This document shows, in pieces, positions 8,159 through 15,397 of a DNA stretch of 20,455 nt. Position 1 is the stretch's first letter; each line of letters starts with the position of its first letter. Location of the stretch: positions 1 through 20,455 of the IMG/VR virus record IMGVR_UViG_3300045988_013649. One strand, written 5' to 3'. The notes below the pieces were generated by a model. It was not told the origin of the DNA. It saw only the letters and a list, made by a program, of their open reading frames with translations, and did not search any database. This DNA comes from a virus. The position numbers and the translations under genes are program-made.

Positions 8159-9343
8159 CTATGCAATGCAAACAAGCGGACTGCAAGCAAACGCACTACT
8201 CGCATGGCTATTCGTGATAGTACCATTAGAGTACACAAGCCACGTATCATAAGCATTGTAGCGAACGGATGAACGCAAACGAACGCTCTGAGCCGATGTT
8301 TTATTTGCGACTGAGTATCCAATCATATTTGGATACTCAGTCAACCATTCACAAGGGATTGTACGTCCACTTCTTCTTTTCCAATAGGCGTGTACATCAC
8401 CTTCTCCACTCGTCTGTGGTTTGATGAACATCTGAGATAACGAAGGTAACGTAACGTAATCATATGTAATATCCTCTGCACCTTCATCATTTACAGTGTT
8501 GGCATAAGTAACTACCTTTACTTTTTTTAAGCAATTTAGCATTTTCTCGGGCATACCACAAAGGAATCCGTCTTTACCTGCTAATTGGTCAGGGCAAATA
8601 TCCCATTGGTCTTGTGGAGTCCACCATTGTCCTTTTGGTTTGCTTGAATTTAAGTACTGTCTTAAAACAGATGTTTTCCATCTGTTCCATCCATATGCCA
8701 TTTCTTGCATAGAATTTAAATTCCCACTTCTACTATCGTATTGTATTGTTCCTAGATTTGTTCCACCACTGCCAACAGTAACATTAACTGTTTCATTTAG
8801 CGTGATTCCATCTTTACCGTATGAATAAACCTTCCAACTTGATGGTGTGGTATCTGGTGCTCCGTAACATCCAGCTAATCTACCACCTTTTTCTACTGGT
8901 TTAGTCAATGTGAATTGGTAATTGATTCCTGGTTTAACATTGCTTCCCCATTCTTTCACAAAATCAAAATGATATGTTCCTACTGCTAATCCATTAGGGC
9001 ATGCTATAAAAGCCCTTTGGTGTGAGAATTGAATACCAAAAGGCAAAGTATAGTGCGATTGTAGCCACATTCCCGGAACTACTTCTCCGTCCTCTAAAGT
9101 TACATCTTCAAAGTGGTTTACTTGCCACGGAATATCATATTCCTTTAGCTCTGCGGTATCTGTCCATTTCTCGATTAATTGCGTACCAATTGCAAATGCT
9201 TTTTCACCCGCACCATCTGCAACGATTGTTTGAACACTATTCCAATCCATATTGGAATGTGCGATATTTGTTTGAGCAATTACAGATAAAGCTTTTGCAA
9301 TTTCTTGTCCTGTATATTCTGTTAGAATTCTTTTCTTACTCAT
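8159..9343 (-). CDS. putative receptor-binding / fibre distal protein
   Basis: This is a 394-aa ORF with an ATG start and SD GGAGGT. The C-terminal pattern SVRLRSSVRYNAYDTWLVYSNGTITNSHASSAFACSPLVCI resembles DUF6273-type ends (W.LRS...V...G....RP). The function is inferred from its neighbours. Confidence 0.5.
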   Translation of the reverse strand: MSKKRILTEYTGQEIAKALSVIAQTNIAHSNMDWNSVQTIVADGAGEKAFAIGTQLIEKWTDTAELKEYDIPWQVNHFEDVTLEDGEVVPGMWLQSHYTLPFGIQFSHQRAFIACPNGLAVGTYHFDFVKEWGSNVKPGINYQFTLTKPVEKGGRLAGCYGAPDTTPSSWKVYSYGKDGITLNETVNVTVGSGGTNLGTIQYDSRSGNLNSMQEMAYGWNRWKTSVLRQYLNSSKPKGQWWTPQDQWDICPDQLAGKDGFLCGMPEKMLNCLKKVKVVTYANTVNDEGAEDITYDYVTLPSLSQMFIKPQTSGEGDVHAYWKRRSGRTIPCEWLTEYPNMIGYSVANKTSAQSVRLRSSVRYNAYDTWLVYSNGTITNSHASSAFACSPLVCIA

Positions 9344-9545
9344 CGTCTACCTCCTGAACAATATATCCTTCTTCGTCTACAGATAAACCTAGTGCATCAA
9401 ATCTCTGCTTTAATGCACTGATTCCTAAAGCAGTATCTAATTGTTGTACTGTACATTTCTTTGTGCTTTCTTCATCTTCAATAATTAGTAAATTTTCTTT
9501 TTTTATGCCGTTTGAGCTAGGCAAATCTTCTATCTTTACTCCTAT
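9336..9545 (-). CDS. small fibre-anchor-like protein with N-terminal KIxDLP...TKK motif (start placed at ATA 9543-9545)
   Basis: The frame opens after TAG at 9549-9551. SD GGAGGG (9552-9557) lies 7 nt before the ATA. The product begins GVKIEDLPSSNGIKKENLLIIEDEESTKKCTVQQL, which resembles the common tail-fibre N-terminal motif. The track TTG start at 9524 cuts through that motif and is 14 nt from any SD. Confidence 0.6.
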   Translation of the reverse strand: MGVKIEDLPSSNGIKKENLLIIEDEESTKKCTVQQLDTALGISALKQRFDALGLSVDEEGYIVQEVDDE

Positions 9546-9548
9546 TCG

Positions 9549-10937
9549 CTACCCTCCATAATTGATATTTGCTTTAATATCATTTCCATTATTGAAATAT
9601 ATCTTTTTAACTTTTTTTATAACTCCGTTATCGTTATACCAAACCTTAGCTTGAATTAATTTCCCTGTATCAGAAATCATTTCTGCTAATAGAACATTTC
9701 CTTTTTTATCTGTTATTTCAAATCCATCTTTAGTTAAGATAGCTTCTTGATAATCAATAACATGATATGCAATCTTTGCTTGGTCTGCAGGTGTCGTAAA
9801 TCCCACGTTAGCGTAATCTGAAGGAGTGCCGAAATCATCTACAATTCTAATGTAGAATGTGTATATAGTTTCCGGTACTAAATCATCCACAACTAACTTT
9901 GTTTGCGTCTGTAAATCCTTCCATATTATTCCATCATATGAATACTGATAATAATATGAGTTTGCACCTTCTTTAATTTCAAAACCACTCCAAGTAAATG
10001 TAGCTCCAAACGGATTCAAATCTGTATAACTTACACTTCCTTTGCTAGGTTTATCCGGTTTGGTAGTTTTAAACACTACCTTTACTGAATCAGAAGGTGT
10101 GCTAAAGTTATCAACAATTCTTACATAATATGTATATTCAGTATTAGGGCTTAACCTTGATACTTCAAATCCTGTCCCTTTTGACCTATCTATCCAATTA
10201 TTATCATCAGTAGATGATTGATAATAATAATCTGTTGCACCTTCTTGAATGCTAAATCCACTCCATGAAATATAAGCAGATTTATAAGTAATATTAGAAG
10301 CTTCTACCTTTCCTGCTTTTGGCTTGTTTGGTTTCTGAGTCTTTATAAATTTGCTAACAGGATTTTCTAAAAGTACACTTGTATCTCCTCGGTATCTTAC
10401 ATAGCAATTTACCTCGTATTCTTTGTTTGGGGTTAATCCCTCAAATTTTCCTTCAGTGCCGATTTTAGAAGTCTTATCTAAAGTTGCTTTAATTGTGTAG
10501 AAATTATAAGGATTTGATTCCAAAGTAGCTTTATAACTTACAGAATTATAAGTACTGCTTAATTCAATATCTTTGATTTTCGGTATAGATATAGTAGCTG
10601 ATTCAGTTTGCAAACCACTTGCAGAAATATTTCCGAAGCTAGTACTAAAATATATATTTCTAGAATCTTCTCTATTATTCGTAGAAAATGAATACTCTAG
10701 TGTTCCACTAGCTAATGCCCACGTTCCTGCTCCACCTGTGTTTATGTTTACAGTATGGCTATTGTATCCAAAATAAATAACTGCTCCATTGTATTGCGTT
10801 GAGTTATTATAAAATGCGTGTTGTAGATAAATTGTATATGAAACTTTATGTTTAATGTTCGGATATGTTCCTTCTATGTAATTGCTACAATCTACACGAA
10901 AGCTAATTCCATGTATACCTGTATAATAAGTAGCCAT
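9549..10937 (-). CDS. structural protein with tandem FN3-like domains
   Basis: This is a 462-aa ORF with an ATG start and SD AGAGGTG. Two ~90-aa repeats (aa 202-292 and 293-382) each carry W..F...EGA..YYYQ....W..........L.P.T.YT.Y.RIVD.F.TPSD. A weaker third copy lies at aa ~120-200. The N-terminal domain is beta-rich and DUF859-like. Confidence 0.75.
   Translation of the reverse strand: MATYYTGIHGISFRVDCSNYIEGTYPNIKHKVSYTIYLQHAFYNNSTQYNGAVIYFGYNSHTVNINTGGAGTWALASGTLEYSFSTNNREDSRNIYFSTSFGNISASGLQTESATISIPKIKDIELSSTYNSVSYKATLESNPYNFYTIKATLDKTSKIGTEGKFEGLTPNKEYEVNCYVRYRGDTSVLLENPVSKFIKTQKPNKPKAGKVEASNITYKSAYISWSGFSIQEGATDYYYQSSTDDNNWIDRSKGTGFEVSRLSPNTEYTYYVRIVDNFSTPSDSVKVVFKTTKPDKPSKGSVSYTDLNPFGATFTWSGFEIKEGANSYYYQYSYDGIIWKDLQTQTKLVVDDLVPETIYTFYIRIVDDFGTPSDYANVGFTTPADQAKIAYHVIDYQEAILTKDGFEITDKKGNVLLAEMISDTGKLIQAKVWYNDNGVIKKVKKIYFNNGNDIKANINYGG
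9792..10334 (-). repeat. in-frame tandem duplication encoding two FN3-like modules
   Basis: Copy 1 (10062..10334) reads KPNKPKAGKVEASNITYKSAYISWSGFSIQEGATDYYYQ...YYVRIVDNFSTPSDSVKVVFKTT. Copy 2 (9792..10061) reads KPDKPSKGSVSYTDLNPFGATFTWSGFEIKEGANSYYYQ...FYIRIVDDFGTPSDYANVGFTT. Confidence 0.85.
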
Positions 10938-10940
10938 AAA

Positions 10941-11702
10941 CTACACCTCTAACTGAAAATAGAAATATCCTGCAGGACAAGTTTCTAAAGTTGGTACATC
11001 TGTACCTATCTTGTATTTAATTTCCTGTCTTGCTTTTAATTCCATCTGTTCTTTTTCTAAGTCTTGAATCATTAAAAGAAGCTTTCCACCTTCTCCTTCT
11101 CCAAGAACATCTTTAACAATTGCGAACCAATCATCCCATGCTTTTTGATTCTCTTGTATAGCTTTTGCGTATTCTTTTTTTGCTTCTGCTATTGCTTCTG
11201 CAAATTGGTTAAAGAATTGTGTTGTATCTATCTGCTTAATTGCGTTTGTAACAACTCCACATCTACTTGAATCTAATCTAGTATCAGTAATATCTGAGCC
11301 TTTAATTTCTGTTGAGTTACCTTGTACCTTTACAGTCGCTAAAACTAAATCATAGATAGAATCTGTTCTTGTGATTGATTCACTAGCTACTACACTAATA
11401 TTTCTATAAGAATCGTTGTCGTTTAATCTCAATACAATATTGTATGTCTTTGTGGAACTAGAATTTGTTAATGTGATGGTTTCGTCGTCTTTTTGCCAAT
11501 AGAACGCTCCATTAATGTTTGCTCGTCCTGCTTTAATTGTTAATGTTAAGCCTTGAGCTTTCTCAACTCTTAAATGGTCTGTACTAGAATCATCTACGAA
11601 CACGCCGTTTGTAAAGTAGCTTGAGAACAATCTTCTGAAAGCGTCATATAATACTAATCTATCACCATTTCTAGAGATGAATGGAAAATATGTTGTTGCT
11701 AT
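10941..11702 (-). CDS. tail-fibre-like protein (start placed at ATA 11700-11702)
   Basis: The track starts at TTG 11630. The frame is open to 11708, after an in-frame TGA at 11709-11711. The extended N-terminus is ATTYFPFISRNGDRLVLYDAFRRLFSSYFTNGVF, which matches the YFPF.S..GDR.Y.A..F...F..NGVF motif of prophage fibre proteins as I recall it. The ATA overlaps the portal TAG as ATAG. SD GGAGAGGAGG is at 11713-11722. Confidence 0.7.
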   Translation of the reverse strand: MATTYFPFISRNGDRLVLYDAFRRLFSSYFTNGVFVDDSSTDHLRVEKAQGLTLTIKAGRANINGAFYWQKDDETITLTNSSSTKTYNIVLRLNDNDSYRNISVVASESITRTDSIYDLVLATVKVQGNSTEIKGSDITDTRLDSSRCGVVTNAIKQIDTTQFFNQFAEAIAEAKKEYAKAIQENQKAWDDWFAIVKDVLGEGEGGKLLLMIQDLEKEQMELKARQEIKYKIGTDVPTLETCPAGYFYFQLEV

Positions 11703-13102
11703 TCTTCTTCATCCTCCTCTCCATCATCTTGAATTTCTTCATTTAATAACTCTGTTGCTTCTTCTTCAGTAAAGCCATATTGTTTCATGAAATACATAAT
11801 CTTTAATCTTGGAATATCAAATGTTAATGCGTCATTTCTTAACGCTTGTGCAGTGCTTTGCTTATCTTCGATATAAGTATCATCATAATCAATAGCAATG
11901 TCTAATGAATTAATATTAAGCTTTCTTCCTTGCGTTAATTCATAGAAGTATGCTATTGCTTGAATAATACCTTGAATATATGCAGTAGATTCTTTGCGTT
12001 GTGAGTTTACTTCCTTCATAGCGTCTTGATTCTCACCGATATATTCTGTTGCCGTTACGATTCTTCCACTCTCAAACGTGTATTTTTTTGTACCGAATCC
12101 AAACATCATAGATAAGATACTTAATGCAGTTTCTAACGACTGCACAACCTCTTGTGTTCTAACTGTTGGATTATATTCTTGCCATAAAGCTTTTTCTTCC
12201 GGCAACTTGTCTCTACCCAATTGCACGAAGATATTCTTTAATTGTGGATTCTGTTTCACTTTTCCGTTCTTGTCTTTCTGCATTAATGCTTCATTTACAA
12301 GAACGATTTTATCTGATTTCAATAAATCTCGATTCCACATTGTCATTGTCAAGTCAATTGTTTTCAAAGGAGCAATTGCACTCCAAATCTTAGGCAAGCC
12401 GTACCCTTGCATTTGTAAGTTGTTTACCTTTGCATTTCTCATAATTGCAAAAGGTTTAACCACATCTAATTGAACAATCTGAGCACGCTCTTTTATTTCC
12501 TCGCCTGTATCTTTGAAGTAATGTGTTTCTGCAATATATCTTTCGTCTTGTCCTTTTAAGAACATGACCATCACATATACTTTTTTTAACTTCTCATAAT
12601 TTACTCCAACGAAAGCTACCTCAACGATTTCATCATTGATAACAGTTAATGGGAGGATATTCATTGAATCACAATAGTTGATTCTGATTTCTCCTCCACT
12701 AAATGAACCATCTTCATAAATCTCGGCATTTGATACCGTCACATAAGCTCCTACTGTTCCGTTTGCAGACATTTGCTCAACTTGTTTCCTATACATTACA
12801 TCAAACCTATTCTTTGTTAGAATGTCTGAAATAATGTCATTTGTTGTACTGTCTTCAGTTGCGTTTATATCTAGGATTTCAATTAGGTTTGCGTCATCTT
12901 CGCATAAACGCTTTGCAAAGTCTGTCTTGTCTAGCGTGTATTCCTCATTGTTCAAGGTGTATGCCGTATGAAATTCTGTTTCGGTATTTGTGTACCACTT
13001 GTTGCACAATTCAATAATCTCAATTGCGTTTGTATCTACATAATACCCTCTATCGTTTAGGTAATTTTGAAACCACGGTCTACGTGTGTTAGATGTTTCT
13101 AT
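11699..13102 (-). CDS. portal protein, SPP1 gp6-like (start placed at ATA 13100-13102)
   Basis: The track starts at TTG 13009. The frame is open to 13105, directly after the terL TAA at 13106-13108. A perfect SD AAGGAGG (13109-13115) lies 6 nt before the ATA. The extended N-terminus is ETSNTRRPWFQNYLNDRGYYVDTNAIEIIELCNKWYTNTETEFH, which fits portal N-termini (..gy.v......I..W..WY.....FH). The protein is ~467 aa, has an acidic C-terminus, and follows terL. Confidence 0.88.
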   Translation of the reverse strand: METSNTRRPWFQNYLNDRGYYVDTNAIEIIELCNKWYTNTETEFHTAYTLNNEEYTLDKTDFAKRLCEDDANLIEILDINATEDSTTNDIISDILTKNRFDVMYRKQVEQMSANGTVGAYVTVSNAEIYEDGSFSGGEIRINYCDSMNILPLTVINDEIVEVAFVGVNYEKLKKVYVMVMFLKGQDERYIAETHYFKDTGEEIKERAQIVQLDVVKPFAIMRNAKVNNLQMQGYGLPKIWSAIAPLKTIDLTMTMWNRDLLKSDKIVLVNEALMQKDKNGKVKQNPQLKNIFVQLGRDKLPEEKALWQEYNPTVRTQEVVQSLETALSILSMMFGFGTKKYTFESGRIVTATEYIGENQDAMKEVNSQRKESTAYIQGIIQAIAYFYELTQGRKLNINSLDIAIDYDDTYIEDKQSTAQALRNDALTFDIPRLKIMYFMKQYGFTEEEATELLNEEIQDDGEEDEEE

Positions 13103-13105
13103 TTC

Positions 13106-14440
13106 TTACCTCCTTAAATCTATATATCCACTATGGGTTATAAATGTATAGCAGAACGAATCCCAATCATCATTGATATTGTTTACGTTCTCATCTATTG
13201 GAATGTCTTCCTTTTTATCCCATACCAATTCGCTTAATGCGTTTATTAAGTTCTTACAATGTTCTTCTATCTTTAGCCTACCTGTAACAAGTAAGCTATC
13301 AACCGTTATAGGACGGTCTGCAAGCTCATTCTTCTTAACTGGTGCAATTATACTTCCGTCTAATCCTTCGGCGTAAAAATAAGCTCTAAGCGTGTTTATA
13401 AGTGTATTTGAAGCACTATCCGGAAATATCCACTCTACATATCCGTAACATTCAACACAACGCTTATAGAACCTTACAAACGCTTTGCAAAACTTTGTTG
13501 CGTCTATTGCATTTGACTTTGCCATGTCTCCTTCATCAAGTGCCCACATATAATCCCAATCATTTGTAAACCCTGTTAAGTGCCATGAATACTTTGAGCC
13601 ATTGTCTCCAAAGTCAACACCTATGATTAAATGACTAAACCTTTTTCCTTTTTCATTCATCTTTTCTTTTAGACTCTGATATTTAAATAAATAAGGTTTG
13701 CAGTCATTTGCAAAATAAGGGAATACAAGTCCTTCGGCTTCTTCCCTTTGTCCTTTTATGTCTCTTTTGTAATAAACGCTATTCTTATCGTATGATTTCA
13801 AGACTGTTCTTATCTGCTCATCACTTAAAGAATAATTGTCAACTAAGGTGGTATGCCCATAGTTGTAACCATATGTAGAATCTTTATTCTGTTGCTCCTC
13901 ATGATATTTCAAGAAATCTGTGTAATACCAATGATTCTTGCCTTTTGGGTTTAAATCATGAAATATCTTTCTATCGCTTGACGCTATCGTTCTATCCATC
14001 ACTTCTTGTAGAAACTCAATGCAACAAAGGTTTGCTTCTGTTACATATGCCATTCCATAAGAATAACCATGTATTGCATTCTCTGAGCCTTTCTTAGCAC
14101 CACCGGCAAAGAATACAACCTTTTCTCCAACCTTTGTGTTGATGTAATAACAGTCTTTACCTTCATACTTTCCCACTTTGAATCTATTCGCAAAGTAGTT
14201 CTGCAATCCATATCCATTACAATCTCCAATATTAACACGTGCAGATGATGTATCTGTTCCTGCTATTAAATGGAACTTATCCGGATGTGTTTCTAAAGCA
14301 ATACAGAAAGCGTATGTATTTAATACATTCTTTCCGCCTCTTTTCCCACCTTCTAATACATTAAGCCATGAATCGAATGTTCTTTTAAGATAAGTTAATT
14401 GTTTTTGATTGAAAGGCGCAGGCTTATTCAAAATCTTCAA
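13106..14440 (-). CDS. terL: terminase large subunit (PBSX / Terminase_3-like)
   Basis: This is a 444-aa ORF starting at TTG 14438-14440, which is the first possible start after an in-frame TAG. It has a Walker-A-like LEGGKRGGKN and an N-terminal PFNQKQ motif. It overlaps the terS end. Confidence 0.9.
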   Translation of the reverse strand: MKILNKPAPFNQKQLTYLKRTFDSWLNVLEGGKRGGKNVLNTYAFCIALETHPDKFHLIAGTDTSSARVNIGDCNGYGLQNYFANRFKVGKYEGKDCYYINTKVGEKVVFFAGGAKKGSENAIHGYSYGMAYVTEANLCCIEFLQEVMDRTIASSDRKIFHDLNPKGKNHWYYTDFLKYHEEQQNKDSTYGYNYGHTTLVDNYSLSDEQIRTVLKSYDKNSVYYKRDIKGQREEAEGLVFPYFANDCKPYLFKYQSLKEKMNEKGKRFSHLIIGVDFGDNGSKYSWHLTGFTNDWDYMWALDEGDMAKSNAIDATKFCKAFVRFYKRCVECYGYVEWIFPDSASNTLINTLRAYFYAEGLDGSIIAPVKKNELADRPITVDSLLVTGRLKIEEHCKNLINALSELVWDKKEDIPIDENVNNINDDWDSFCYTFITHSGYIDLRR

Positions 14441-14813
14441 TTCTTCTTTCTTTTGCTACATCTGTAATCATAGCTTTATTAATTGCATTTACTTCTGAAG
14501 CGTCAAAATGTGTTTCTACCTTATCTGATTGACCTAGGAATTGTTTGCCTAAGAAAATAGCCATTGCAGGACTCTTTGAAGCTAGTTTAAATTGCGCTCT
14601 TCGTAACGAAATTCTTCCTTGTGCGCCGAACCTTTTTAAACATTCGGAGAAATCAGTTCCATATGTACGTTTGCACCATTTTGATAGTGTCTTATCTGTC
14701 GTGTTAAAAAAATAGCATACTTCTGCTTGCGTGCATTGAATAGCTAACAATTTTTCAAATTCTTCTTTGTCGAAATCCTTGTTAGGTCTTCCAACTTTTC
14801 CATTCGCTATTAT
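14424..14813 (-). CDS. terS: terminase small subunit with HTH (start placed at ATA 14811-14813)
   Basis: The body LAIQCTQAEVCYFFNTTDKTLSKWCKRTYG...ISLRRAQFKLASKSPAMAIFLGKQFLGQSD is a typical terS. The conserved N-terminal GRPNKDFDKEEFEKL lies upstream of the track TTG at 14750. The frame is open to 14825, after TAG at 14826-14828. The only start-like codons there are ATA ATA (14808-14813), 5 and 8 nt after SD AAAGGGG (14819-14825). Confidence 0.85.
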   Translation of the reverse strand: MIANGKVGRPNKDFDKEEFEKLLAIQCTQAEVCYFFNTTDKTLSKWCKRTYGTDFSECLKRFGAQGRISLRRAQFKLASKSPAMAIFLGKQFLGQSDKVETHFDASEVNAINKAMITDVAKERRIEDFE

Positions 14814-14953
14814 TACATCCCCTTTCTATATTTATCACTCAATATTTTTGGTGTGCAATGTTTCCAATCAACTTTGTGGTGCGTTCTTTTCGTAATGTGC
14901 GATGTCATTAATTTTTAATTTAATAATTTCCATTTTATTCCCCTTTTTTAAGC

Positions 14954-15199
14954 TCATAGAGCGTCATTTACATTTAGACAAGTATTTGTATTCTTGATGT
15001 ATTCATCAACGTATAATTCCTTTTTATCGCCGTTATACGTTACTTCATAATAATTATCCGTGCTCATAGCACTAATTAATGCTTTATTGTTTTGAAGTAC
15101 TTTAACCATCCATACAACGAACATTTCACTGATTGCAATATTTGGGTTTACTTGAAATACTGCCTTCATTGCTAATTCTTGAAATTCTCTTGAACCCAT
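14954..15199 (-). CDS. hypothetical protein
   Basis: This is an 81-aa ORF with an ATG start and a strong SD AAGGAGGAG 4 nt upstream. Confidence 0.65.
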   Translation of the reverse strand: MGSREFQELAMKAVFQVNPNIAISEMFVVWMVKVLQNNKALISAMSTDNYYEVTYNGDKKELYVDEYIKNTNTCLNVNDAL

Positions 15200-15222
15200 A
15201 TTCTCCTCCTTATTATTAAAAG

Positions 15223-15243
15223 AACCGAGACAAACGCTCGGTT
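15223..15243 (-). terminator. candidate intrinsic terminator downstream of the tRNA-like gene
   Basis: On the minus strand the hairpin AACCGAG-CGTTTGT-CTCGGTT has a 7-bp stem and is followed by CTTTTAATAA. Confidence 0.4.
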
Positions 15244-15397
15244 ATATACAAAAGCCTAATGGCATGCCTTATATTGTTGGTATTTAAATATATGATTTAG
15301 AGTGAATTAACGAATTTATATTTTGGCAGTCACAAATCACATTAATTTAGAAGTTATCATAAATTTAAGAAATATTAACCAATAGACTTTGTAAACA

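Noticed and set aside
8104-8322. A 72-aa minus-strand ORF overlapping the 3' end of the 394-aa gene.
   Set aside because: It lies out of frame, overlapping the 3' end of the well-supported 394-aa gene (8159..9343) and the start of the 63-aa gene (7944..8135). It has no SD, and its Arg/Leu/His-rich composition is unlike the real genes here.
14041-14238. A 65-aa minus-strand ORF inside terL.
   Set aside because: It is fully nested out of frame within the terminase large subunit gene.
1912-14813. The ATA starts as G-to-A sequencing or assembly errors of ATG.
   Set aside because: Seven to ten independent sites would all need the same third-base error, while ATG starts elsewhere in the contig are intact. 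A systematic error of that kind is not expected from Illumina data. A read pile-up would settle it.
15244-15397. The 155-nt AT-rich spacer downstream of the tRNA, examined for a second RNA gene, a late promoter or a pac/cos site.
   Set aside because: I found only short AT palindromes (TATTTAAATA, GGCATGCC) and no -35/-10 pair at proper spacing. No stable fold is visible by eye, and nothing here is supportable without tools.
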